A stretch of 64,000 bases of DNA, from NCBI GenBank assembly GCA_037141455.1, contig JBAXCN010000001.1, positions 27,825 through 91,824 of the forward strand, written 5' to 3'. Source of the stretch: Bacteroidota bacterium. GTDB lineage: Bacteria; Bacteroidota; Bacteroidia; UKL13-3. This document shows, one piece after another, positions 1-8,479 of the stretch. Within the stretch, counting starts at the first letter, position 1; every line of letters begins with the position of its first letter. Below the pieces are notes generated by a model. The model was not told the origin of the DNA and did no database searches. It saw nothing but the letters and a program-made list of their open reading frames with translations. The translations under genes were made by a program, and so were the position numbers.

Positions 1-61
1 TATATTTAAAAAACTGCTTTACAATATAAACACTTTAAAAAGAAATTGTTTTATAAAAAAT

Positions 62-715
62 CTAATACAACCAATTCATTCCAGCAAAAAACATTACTTG
101 AAAAACATAAAGCCAAGGAGCTATTTTGTTTGTTAATGGTAATTGCAATTGTTGGTAAATATACATAAATGCAAATGCAAAAATATACCATGCGGTGTAA
201 TTTTGAATTGGGATATAATTGTTTTTCCAATACCAAAAATCTAATTGAGGAGCAATATGTTCAATTAAAATATCTACACATAACATTAGCAAAGCGCTTA
301 TAGATACTTTTAGAATTAGGTGAGTTTCTTTACGTTTTAATATTTTTTCAAAAAATAATTGTGCTACATGCATTGAAACATAACATAGCATTACCCAGTT
401 TAAACCAATAATTACTGGCACATCAGCTACTTTTATACCAAGGTTATTGCCGTACAAATATTGCCCAAAAATGCGCCCAGTAGTTACGCCTAATAGTTCT
501 AAAATATAACCCGCTTGAAAAACCCCAATTACCCAAATCCAAAACATGGTGTTTTTGGGTTGATGAAAATAAAACAATACTGCAGCACTAACTATTAAAT
601 TAATTGGCGTTAGTTTTAGTAAATCGAGCTTAAAAACTGTTGTACCAAATAGTCCAACTGAATATAAAATAGCTAAAATAAGTATAGCAACAGTTTCTTT
701 TTTCATTTTTTTCAT
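62..715 (-). CDS. Polytopic inner-membrane protein, candidate carotenoid-biosynthesis accessory protein
   Basis: 217-aa ORF made almost entirely of hydrophobic helices. It lies on the same strand, 137 nt downstream of a CrtI-family desaturase. The functional call rests on this context only. Confidence 0.4.
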   Translation of the reverse strand: MKKMKKETVAILILAILYSVGLFGTTVFKLDLLKLTPINLIVSAAVLFYFHQPKNTMFWIWVIGVFQAGYILELLGVTTGRIFGQYLYGNNLGIKVADVPVIIGLNWVMLCYVSMHVAQLFFEKILKRKETHLILKVSISALLMLCVDILIEHIAPQLDFWYWKNNYIPIQNYTAWYIFAFAFMYIYQQLQLPLTNKIAPWLYVFQVMFFAGMNWLY

Positions 716-731
716 TGTGTTCTTACTTTAA

Positions 732-790
732 CGTCATTGCTAGGTACGAAGCAATCCCACAGTGAGATTGCTTCGTGCCTCGCAATGACG
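732..790. repeat. 59-bp near-perfect palindromic element, copy A
   Basis: Arms cgtcattgctaggtacgaagcaatc (732-756) and gattgcttcgtgcctcgcaatgacg (766-790), loop ccacagtga. 23 of 25 arm positions pair. Confidence 0.8.
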
Positions 791-852
791 CATAATGCTC
801 TGTTTTGTATGTGTCTATGTGTTTTTTTTATTGTTTTAAAACAACTATATTT

Positions 853-2331
853 TTATTTTCGATAATCATCCTTAATTAAATCGACTGCAATTTTTGCCGA
901 ATTTAAACACAAAGGAATTCCTCCACCTGGATGCACCGAACCACCACAAAAATACAAACCTTTTATATTACAACTAAAATTTTTATGTCTTAAAAAAGCA
1001 GCAAAAATATTGTTGCTTGCGTTTCCATAAAGTGCTCCCAAATGGCTGTTTGTCTTAGTTTCTATACTCCGAGGGTCCAAAATATTTTCAGTTACAATGT
1101 GTTTTTCAATATCTGTTTTAAGTAAACGATTTAATTTTGATACAATATTTTTTCTTGCTTCAGCAATTAATTCATCCCAATTTTGTCCTTGATTATTTGG
1201 TGTGTTTATCATTACAAACCAATTTTCGCAGCCTTCAGGAGCGTCATTTGTTTTATATTTTGAACTAATGTTAATGTAAATAGTTGGATCTTGGTAGATG
1301 GTTTTATCTCTAAAAATCTGCTTAAATTCTTCTTCGTAATTTTTTGTAAATAAAATATTATGTAAATCTAACTCTTCAAATTGTTTGTTTATTCCCCAAT
1401 AAAAAATTAATGCCGATGATGATTTTTCTTGTGCTAATATTTTTTCAGGATGTTTTACTTTATGAAGTAGTTTTTTATAAGTAGGGTATATATCCATGTT
1501 CGATAACACAATATCTGCTTCATAAAATTCTTCGCCTACTTTTACACCTTGTACTTGCTTGTTATTTTGGGTTAAAACTATTTCAGAAACCTTTTTATTA
1601 AACTCAAATTTTACTCCTAAACCCAAAGCCAATTGGTAAATACTTTGGCTAATTTGATGCATGCCATTTTTAGGAAAAAATGTTCCAATATTACTTTCCA
1701 AATGAGGTATCATATTCAATAAAGCTGGCGACTGGTATGGGTTACTGCCATTGTATGTTGCAAATCTGTTAAAATATTGAACCAACCTTTTATCGGTAAA
1801 AATTTGCTCGTTTTCGTGGTTCATATTATTAAATAAATTTAACATTGGAACACAAAAAAAACCTTTGAAAGTAGCCCAATTCATAAAGTTTTTTAGTTTA
1901 TGTAAACTGTTTTCAATAAAAATAGGAACTGTGGTTCTATACCTAAACTCTGCTTTTTGCAAATAGTTAAAAAAAGGTTTTGTATCAGTTAAACCAAGTT
2001 TTAGTTGTAGTTCATTTGCTAATTTTTCTGATTGATGGTAAGCTGTAAATTGGGTTCCATCTTCGTAAAAATAATTACATGCTTTTTCTAACTGAAAGTA
2101 TTCAAAGTTTTTTTCATTTTGCTTTGCAATTCTGAAAAGATCTAACACTAATTGAGGCAAAGTAAAAAGCGATGGTCCTGCATCAAACCTAAAACCATCT
2201 TGTGAAAATTCTGTTAATTTTCCACCAAAATAGTTATTTGCTTCTAAAACTGTAACATCAAATCCAGCAGCTTTTAATCGCACTGCACTAGCCAAACCAG
2301 CTATACCCGAACCAATTATAATTACTTTCAT
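853..2331 (-). CDS. Phytoene desaturase-family FAD oxidoreductase (CrtI/CrtD-like)
   Basis: N-terminal Rossmann motif MKVIIIGSGIAGLASAVRL...LEANNYFGGK and C-terminal GGSVHPGGGIP, typical of the CrtI family. ATG 2331 is preferred over the ORF-track TTG 2349 because a TAAATTTG box occupies 2347-2354. Confidence 0.8.
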   Translation of the reverse strand: MKVIIIGSGIAGLASAVRLKAAGFDVTVLEANNYFGGKLTEFSQDGFRFDAGPSLFTLPQLVLDLFRIAKQNEKNFEYFQLEKACNYFYEDGTQFTAYHQSEKLANELQLKLGLTDTKPFFNYLQKAEFRYRTTVPIFIENSLHKLKNFMNWATFKGFFCVPMLNLFNNMNHENEQIFTDKRLVQYFNRFATYNGSNPYQSPALLNMIPHLESNIGTFFPKNGMHQISQSIYQLALGLGVKFEFNKKVSEIVLTQNNKQVQGVKVGEEFYEADIVLSNMDIYPTYKKLLHKVKHPEKILAQEKSSSALIFYWGINKQFEELDLHNILFTKNYEEEFKQIFRDKTIYQDPTIYINISSKYKTNDAPEGCENWFVMINTPNNQGQNWDELIAEARKNIVSKLNRLLKTDIEKHIVTENILDPRSIETKTNSHLGALYGNASNNIFAAFLRHKNFSCNIKGLYFCGGSVHPGGGIPLCLNSAKIAVDLIKDDYRK

Positions 2332-2346
2332 TGTTGTTTTAAACAT

Positions 2347-2354
2347 CAAATTTA
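2347..2354 (-). promoter_or_regulatory. Bacteroidota -7 promoter box (TAnnTTTG)
   Basis: TAAATTTG on the minus strand, 15 nt upstream of ATG 2331 of the CrtI-family gene. Confidence 0.4.
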
Positions 2355-2437
2355 AGTTTGAGTTTTTATTTATTAAAAAAATTAATATTAGCTATTTCAG
2401 TTCTTTCACTTCATCAATTTTTTAGTAATTTGCAACC

Positions 2438-3472
2438 ATGTTCAATGAACCCGAAATTACAAAATTAGAAGACCTAGGAGAGTTTGGTTTAATTAAACAA
2501 CTTACCCAACACATTGAATTAAAAAACAATACAATAAAAGGCGTTGGCGATGATGCTGCGGTAATAAATCCAACAAATGGAAAAGTTACTTTAGTTTCAA
2601 CCGATATGTTGTTGGAAGGAATTCATTTTGATTTAAGTTACTTTCCTTTAAAACATTTGGGTTACAAAGCAGTAAGCGTAAATGCTAGCGATATTTACGC
2701 CATGAATGGAACACCCAAACAAATTACAGTTTCGTTAGGTATTAGCAGCAAGTTTAGTGTTGAAGCTATACAAGAAATTTACGATGGAATTAGTTTGGCT
2801 TGCGAAAAATTTAAAATAGATTTAGTTGGTGGCGATACTACTTCGAGCAAACAAGGTTTGGTTATTAGTGTAACCGTAATTGGTGAAGCTACTGAAAACG
2901 AAGTGGTTTATAGAAATGGCGCAAATGAGTTTGATTTAATTTGTGTGAGTGGTGATTTAGGTGGAGCTTATGCTGGCTTTCAATTGCTTGAACGTGAAAA
3001 AAGAGTTTTTATTGATAACCCACAATTGCAACCAGATTTGGCGGGACATGATTATATATTAGAACGACAATTAAAACCTGAAGCAAGGAAAGACATAATA
3101 GAAATGTTTAAGGCATTGGAAATTATTCCAACAGCTATGATAGACGTGAGTGATGGTTTGGCTTCTGAAATTTTTCACATAGCCGATCAATCAAAAGTTG
3201 GGATTACTATATATGAAGAAAAAATTCCTATTGATGCCACTACTTACAATATGGCGCGCGAGTTAGATTTAGATCCAACTTTAACAGCTTTGAGTGGTGG
3301 CGAAGATTATGAATTATTATTTACCATCAAACAAAGCGATTATAAAAAATTAGAAAACCATCCTGATTTTACCGTAATTGGGCATGTTACCAAACCCGAT
3401 GAAGGAGTTAACATGATTAGTAAAGGCGGTCAAAAACACGAGTTAAAAGCGCAAGGTTGGAAAGCATTTTAG
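2438..3472 (+). CDS. thiL: Thiamine-monophosphate kinase
   Basis: AIR-synthase-related motifs GDDAAV, LLEGIHF, GGDTT, DVSDGL. The 344-aa length fits ThiL. Confidence 0.85.
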   Translation: MFNEPEITKLEDLGEFGLIKQLTQHIELKNNTIKGVGDDAAVINPTNGKVTLVSTDMLLEGIHFDLSYFPLKHLGYKAVSVNASDIYAMNGTPKQITVSLGISSKFSVEAIQEIYDGISLACEKFKIDLVGGDTTSSKQGLVISVTVIGEATENEVVYRNGANEFDLICVSGDLGGAYAGFQLLEREKRVFIDNPQLQPDLAGHDYILERQLKPEARKDIIEMFKALEIIPTAMIDVSDGLASEIFHIADQSKVGITIYEEKIPIDATTYNMARELDLDPTLTALSGGEDYELLFTIKQSDYKKLENHPDFTVIGHVTKPDEGVNMISKGGQKHELKAQGWKAF

Positions 3473-3481
3473 AGACAAGTA

Positions 3482-3540
3482 CGTCATTGCGAGGCACGAA
3501 TTAATCTCACAGTTAGATTGCTTCGTGCCTTGCAATGACG
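3482..3540. repeat. 59-bp near-perfect palindromic element, copy B
   Basis: Arms cgtcattgcgaggcacgaattaatc (3482-3506) and gattgcttcgtgccttgcaatgacg (3516-3540), loop tcacagtta. Same family and same orientation as 732-790. Confidence 0.8.
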
Positions 3541-3555
3541 ATTACAAATAAACAA

Positions 3556-3590
3556 ATGGCTAGCTGCTAGGAGCCAGCAGCCAGAAGCAA
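3556..3590. repeat. Degenerate heptanucleotide array (5 units, GnAGCCA-like)
   Basis: atggcta gctgcta ggagcca gcagcca gaagcaa. GC-rich against an AT-rich background. Ends 5 nt before the purQ ATG. Confidence 0.6.
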
Positions 3591-3595
3591 AATAT

Positions 3596-4294
3596 ATGAA
3601 AATAGGTGTATTAATTTTTCCAGGAAGTAATTGCGATAAAGATGCAATTTGGGCATTTCAAAACATGTTTGGCCAAGAAGTAGTAGAACTTTGGCATAAA
3701 GATACTGATTTACAAAATGTAGATTTGGTGTTTTTACCAGGTGGTTTTAGCTATGGCGATTATTTACGCAGCGGTGCTATTGCTCGTTTTTCGCCCATTA
3801 TGCAAAGTGTGATTGAATTTGCCAATAATGGCGGATTGGTTTGGGGAGTTTGCAATGGTTTTCAAATATTATGCGAAAGCGGTTTATTGCCTGGCGCATT
3901 ATTGCATAACGATCATCAAAAGTTTAATTGCAAAAATGTTTTTATTAAAACTGAAACCAATAACAGTAAAATTACTAGTTTAAATGAAGTAGGCAAAGCT
4001 TTAAAAATTCCTATTGCGCATGGCGAAGGTAGATTTTATTGCAATGATGAATTACTAAATGATTTAAAAGCAAACGACCAAATATTATTTAGATACTGCG
4101 ATGAAAATGGGAATGTTTCAGCTGAAGCAAATCCGAATGGTGCATTGGATAATATTGCTGGAATTTGTAACAAAAACCGAAATGTATTTGGCATGATGCC
4201 TCACCCTGAACGCGCGGTTGATGCTGATATTTACAACACTGATGGACGTACCATGTTCGAAAGTTTGTTGAGTTTAGTTAATCAAAGTAATTAA
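3596..4294 (+). CDS. purQ: Phosphoribosylformylglycinamidine synthase, glutaminase subunit
   Basis: Starts [16 protein letters not shown]. Nucleophile Cys in GVCNGFQIL and C-terminal MMPHPER, a class I amidotransferase triad context. Confidence 0.9.
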   Translation: MKIGVLIFPGSNCDKDAIWAFQNMFGQEVVELWHKDTDLQNVDLVFLPGGFSYGDYLRSGAIARFSPIMQSVIEFANNGGLVWGVCNGFQILCESGLLPGALLHNDHQKFNCKNVFIKTETNNSKITSLNEVGKALKIPIAHGEGRFYCNDELLNDLKANDQILFRYCDENGNVSAEANPNGALDNIAGICNKNRNVFGMMPHPERAVDADIYNTDGRTMFESLLSLVNQSN

Positions 4295-4305
4295 TAGTTG
4301 CAAAT

Positions 4306-5748
4306 CTATTTTACAGTAGCTTCTTTTTTAAAATGATACTGTTTTAAAGCGGTAATTATTGCAAAACTTCCCCAAAGGATAATGGCAATTTTATCGGTTT
4401 CGCTATAGTTATTTAGTAAACCATGGATTAAAAATGTGCTTAAGCCTACCAAAGTGGAAATGGCCAATATTTTTACTTCAATATTATTTGTTTTAAAAAT
4501 AATTTTATAACCTACACTGTAAGCCAAGTATATTATTGCCAAAAAAGTGAGTAACCCAGGCCAACCACTTTCGGCTAATGGTCCTAAATATTCGCTGTGG
4601 CTGGTTCCGTTATCGCCAAAATAGGTGGTAATTGGTGTTTCATATTCAGGTTCTTGGTACACGCCATAAGTAAAAGAATAAGTGCCAGGACCAAATCCTA
4701 AAATAGGCTTAACTTTATTCATATTTATAGCGGCTACATATCTGTTAACTCTTTCTAAGTTCGACACATCGTTGTTAATGTTACTTACCGATTCTAAATG
4801 CCTGTCAAATCCCTCAGAACTATTTTGTTTATTTAGCGAAAGCCTATAAATTATTTCATCACTATTTATAAATATTAAAAAAATTAGGGAGGCCAACGAA
4901 ATAATTAGAACCCTGAATTTTATTTTAAGTAATATTAAAATTAATAAGCCAAATCCACCTGCTAAACTAATCCATGCAGCGCGGGTATAACTAAATATTA
5001 CTCCTAACACAAAAAGAGTTAATGTAGTAATGGTTATTGCCAATAGCCACGAAGGAATTTTTAACCTATAAGCATAAATTACATTTAAAAACAAATAAGG
5101 AATAAAAAAAGCCAAAGCAGCAGCATATACCCCATGCCCTACATAAAAAGGTTGATTAATTGTAAACGATACTATTTGCGCAAAATCGTACTTGGCGTGT
5201 TGAATTAATGAATAAATAATTACTATTACCAAACCCAACATATGCAGCCACAAAAAAGCATGAATGTTTTTAATGTTTTTAAATAAAACAACTGTTAAAA
5301 AGTAAAAAGTAGTAATGTACCAAATGCGAGCAACAACAAACTTAATAGAAACTAAAATATATTCGCTAAAAAAAATATCGAAAACTAGCCAAGCAATATT
5401 TATAAAAATGGCAATGGTTATGGGTTGTTTAAAAACTTTATAGTCGTAGTTACCATCAATAATGAATTTAAAAATAACGGTAGCAGTTAGTAAAATTAAC
5501 AAAGGTTCATCGGGCAGGCTAATTCCTAAACCACCACCAATGCTATCAAACTCAATAGAAAGAGGAATTAAAAAAGAAAGTAAAAGAATTAAAATATCGG
5601 AACGAAAAACGGCTGTTACCAATACCAAAAATACCAAAGGAACTACACCAAGCCAATTAAAACCTAACCAAAAGGCTATGGCATTTGTTAAAATAAAACC
5701 AATGCCAATGCCATAAAACCAATATTGATTTTGTTTAATACTTAGCAC
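4306..5748 (-). CDS. O-antigen ligase/polymerase-like membrane protein
   Basis: 480 aa with 10 or more TM helices and one large hydrophilic loop. Last gene of a co-oriented Wzx-like / Wzz-like / ligase-like trio. Confidence 0.55.
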   Translation of the reverse strand: MLSIKQNQYWFYGIGIGFILTNAIAFWLGFNWLGVVPLVFLVLVTAVFRSDILILLLSFLIPLSIEFDSIGGGLGISLPDEPLLILLTATVIFKFIIDGNYDYKVFKQPITIAIFINIAWLVFDIFFSEYILVSIKFVVARIWYITTFYFLTVVLFKNIKNIHAFLWLHMLGLVIVIIYSLIQHAKYDFAQIVSFTINQPFYVGHGVYAAALAFFIPYLFLNVIYAYRLKIPSWLLAITITTLTLFVLGVIFSYTRAAWISLAGGFGLLILILLKIKFRVLIISLASLIFLIFINSDEIIYRLSLNKQNSSEGFDRHLESVSNINNDVSNLERVNRYVAAINMNKVKPILGFGPGTYSFTYGVYQEPEYETPITTYFGDNGTSHSEYLGPLAESGWPGLLTFLAIIYLAYSVGYKIIFKTNNIEVKILAISTLVGLSTFLIHGLLNNYSETDKIAIILWGSFAIITALKQYHFKKEATVK

Positions 5749-5752
5749 AAGA

Positions 5753-6751
5753 TTAAAATTTTATGTGGCGAATTTTATCAGTAAATAATAAAACAATACA
5801 ACCTAAAACAAATGAACCAAATATAGATACTGCAACTAAAATCCAACGAACAGGATAGGCTTTTTTCTCAGCAACTGTGGCTTCTTGTAAAATAAAAACG
5901 TTACTTAAATTTGCATTTACATCCACTTTGGCTTGCTCTAATTTTTTTCTAAGCTCGCTTAGTTTATCTAACTCCAACACCAAGGTTTCTTGCGATGAAA
6001 GCGCTTCGCTACCATACTGTGCCAAACTAGCTTGTTGCTTTGCAATATAAGCTTGGTTACCACCTTTGCCAGCAAGTTCTGTTATGGCTTTCGATTGTTC
6101 TTCAAAACTATAGACTCCTTTTGCTCCTAAATCGCGCATGGTTTGTTTAATAGTATTTACTTCTGCTTCTTTGTTTTTGTATTGTTCCTCAATAATTGAT
6201 AAAGCTTGCAAAGCAACTCTTTTTTGAATATCAGTTTTTACACTATCAAGTATTTGAACAATTCCATTTGCAATTTCTGCAGCTTTTTCAGGCACTTCAT
6301 CTCTAACATTTACTTCGATGGAAGCATAAGGAGTTTTGCGCACACTAATGTGTTTTTTATATAAATTACCCAGTTTGTAATTTTTTTCGCTGTCATCGGG
6401 CTTTATTTTGTAATTATCTCTTAAGTTAAAATTTTTAATTACCCTCGATTTTAAATTATCGCTTTCCAACATTTGAATAAACTGTTGTGCTGTGGCTTGC
6501 TCGCCAAATTCTAACGGATCTTTTGCCCTAGTTCTAGAATCGGTAAGTAACGCACTTGAAATAGAGTTATTGGTTGATGGGTAAAATATAGCAGTACTTT
6601 GAAACAAAGGCTTTATAAACCAAGGACTTGTAAAAATGATAGCGGCTATGCCGGCACCAATAGATATTATACTTAGTGGTTTTTTGTTTTTAATTAAAAA
6701 TCTAACAACATCAACTAATTCAAAATAGTACGTTTTTTTATCTTTACTCAT
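5753..6751 (-). CDS. Polysaccharide co-polymerase (Wzz-like chain-length determinant)
   Basis: N-terminal TM helix, long coiled-coil-rich periplasmic region and C-terminal TM helix WILVAVSIFGSFVLGCIVLLF. This is PCP topology. Confidence 0.55.
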   Translation of the reverse strand: MSKDKKTYYFELVDVVRFLIKNKKPLSIISIGAGIAAIIFTSPWFIKPLFQSTAIFYPSTNNSISSALLTDSRTRAKDPLEFGEQATAQQFIQMLESDNLKSRVIKNFNLRDNYKIKPDDSEKNYKLGNLYKKHISVRKTPYASIEVNVRDEVPEKAAEIANGIVQILDSVKTDIQKRVALQALSIIEEQYKNKEAEVNTIKQTMRDLGAKGVYSFEEQSKAITELAGKGGNQAYIAKQQASLAQYGSEALSSQETLVLELDKLSELRKKLEQAKVDVNANLSNVFILQEATVAEKKAYPVRWILVAVSIFGSFVLGCIVLLFTDKIRHIKF

Positions 6752-6801
6752 TTCTTAATTATATTAGTTCAAAAATATGAAAATAATTTTAGGTGTAAAA
6801 T

Positions 6802-8241
6802 TTAATTGAATTTGCTTTTAGTTAAAATACTTAGCTGCTTTATATCCAACAATTTAAAAACAAAAATTAAAAATACACCTACAAAACTCATAAGCCCTAA
6901 CGAGGTAAATAATGAAATAGTATTTTGTTTTAATAAAAAAGCCAATAATGTTAATAAAATAAATAACACCCCAAGTTTAATAAATATTGGTTTATTAAAT
7001 TGGTTTTTTAATGCAAAGTACGAATAAATACAATTTGAAACTCCAATAAAACTTTGCGTAATTAATGCCGCATAGGCAGCACCAAGGGCATTGTATTTTG
7101 GTATTAACCAAAGGTTTAAAACAAAATTAGTAATTAACGCAATTAGTGCCAAAATGTTTAATATTTTTAATGAGCCATTGGCAGTAAGTAATGTTCCAAA
7201 AATATACATAAAACAAAGTGGAATAAAACACAAAATTACCCAACCAAATACTTCAACAGCATAGCTATTTGCATTGGGCGATAGCATAGTTAATATTTCT
7301 GTTTGAAAAAAATAACAGCTTATACCAAATATAAAACTGGGTGCTACCAATAAACCCAAAGCAGTGTGAATGATGGGTTCTAATTGTTGTTTTTCGGCTA
7401 TCATTTTCGAAAAAATGGGTAACAAAAGCATGGCCACCAATGCCGCCATCATGTTTGCTGCTTCTAAAAGTCGATAACCCAAAGCATACACCCCATCGTG
7501 GTATTCGCCATTGGGAATAAGTTTGCCTATTAATATATTATCTAAGCGTGTATACAATGTCATAAGCAAAGCCAGTAGGGCATAAGGCGCTGTTTTTTTA
7601 TAAATATCCCAAAGTATGGCTTTATCAAAAACCAATTTAATGGTATTAATTTTTTTACTTATAAATAAAAATGAAGTGGCTGCGCAAATGGCGTACGACA
7701 ATGTTTGTGCATAAATAAAATTAATAATATTGAGTTCGAAAATGGAGGTAAACAATAAAATAGAGCAAAAAATAATCATTAACAACCTATCTAAAACAGA
7801 AAAAATAGAATCTACTTTAAAAAGCTGCAAACCACTTACATTGCTCCTAAAATATATATGAAAAAACGACAGCACTTGGTTAAACGACAGCATAAAAATT
7901 AAAAACCAAATGCTTTTGTCGTAATTTAAAATAGATGCTAAAATTAAAGTAGTAACAATGTATAATACTGAAAATAATATTTTTATGGTAAGTAAAGCAG
8001 AAAACTGTTTTTCTAATGCATCTGGATTTTTGGCTAAATTAGAAGTGGTGTAACTGCCTATTCCAAAATCTAATAAAACCGAAAGTAGGAGTACAAAATT
8101 GAAAAGAATATAATATTGCCCATAGGCTTCAAAACCCAACCTGTTTTGCACCGCTCGGTCAATTCCTAAAATCCAAAAAGGTTTAATGAGCAGGTTTACA
8201 CCCATCATTAATATTAGGTTCAGTACAAAGGTTTTTCTCAT
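6802..8241 (-). CDS. Oligosaccharide flippase (Wzx/MOP superfamily)
   Basis: About 14 TM helices with no soluble domain. ATG 8241 (MRKTFVLNL) is preferred over the ORF-track TTG 8271 because a TATATTTG box lies at 8250-8257. Confidence 0.65.
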   Translation of the reverse strand: MRKTFVLNLILMMGVNLLIKPFWILGIDRAVQNRLGFEAYGQYYILFNFVLLLSVLLDFGIGSYTTSNLAKNPDALEKQFSALLTIKILFSVLYIVTTLILASILNYDKSIWFLIFMLSFNQVLSFFHIYFRSNVSGLQLFKVDSIFSVLDRLLMIIFCSILLFTSIFELNIINFIYAQTLSYAICAATSFLFISKKINTIKLVFDKAILWDIYKKTAPYALLALLMTLYTRLDNILIGKLIPNGEYHDGVYALGYRLLEAANMMAALVAMLLLPIFSKMIAEKQQLEPIIHTALGLLVAPSFIFGISCYFFQTEILTMLSPNANSYAVEVFGWVILCFIPLCFMYIFGTLLTANGSLKILNILALIALITNFVLNLWLIPKYNALGAAYAALITQSFIGVSNCIYSYFALKNQFNKPIFIKLGVLFILLTLLAFLLKQNTISLFTSLGLMSFVGVFLIFVFKLLDIKQLSILTKSKFN

Positions 8242-8249
8242 TGGCTGCG

Positions 8250-8257
8250 CAAATATA
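8250..8257 (-). promoter_or_regulatory. Bacteroidota -7 promoter box (TAnnTTTG)
   Basis: TATATTTG on the minus strand, 8 nt upstream of ATG 8241 of the flippase gene. Confidence 0.4.
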
Positions 8258-8278
8258 TATTTATTTGGCAATGTCGGC

Positions 8279-8379
8279 CATTCCGAACGAATCTTTCTTA
8301 ACTAGGAATAGTCTCTTTTTTTTGGAAGTTATTTGGTTAAATCAATGATAATTGTAAAAAGGGAGATTCCTACGGAATG
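8279..8379. repeat. Imperfect inverted repeat with ~69-nt spacer, related word family (CATTCCG...GAATCT)
   Basis: cattccgaacgaatct (8279-8294) against the reverse complement of agattcctacggaatg (8364-8379): 13 of 16 positions match. Confidence 0.35.
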
Positions 8380-8400
8380 ACTTTGTGTTGGTTTGTAACA

Positions 8401-8431
8401 AAAAAAATCCGTTACAAATTGCAACGGATTT
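8401..8431 (-). terminator. Rho-independent terminator downstream of the HtrA-like gene
   Basis: Stem aatccgtt / aacggatt with a 9-nt loop, followed on the minus strand by a run of seven T. Confidence 0.7.
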
Positions 8432-8479
8432 TAATATTCTATTCAAAAAATTTTCTAATCTTCTAATTTTTGTAATCTT

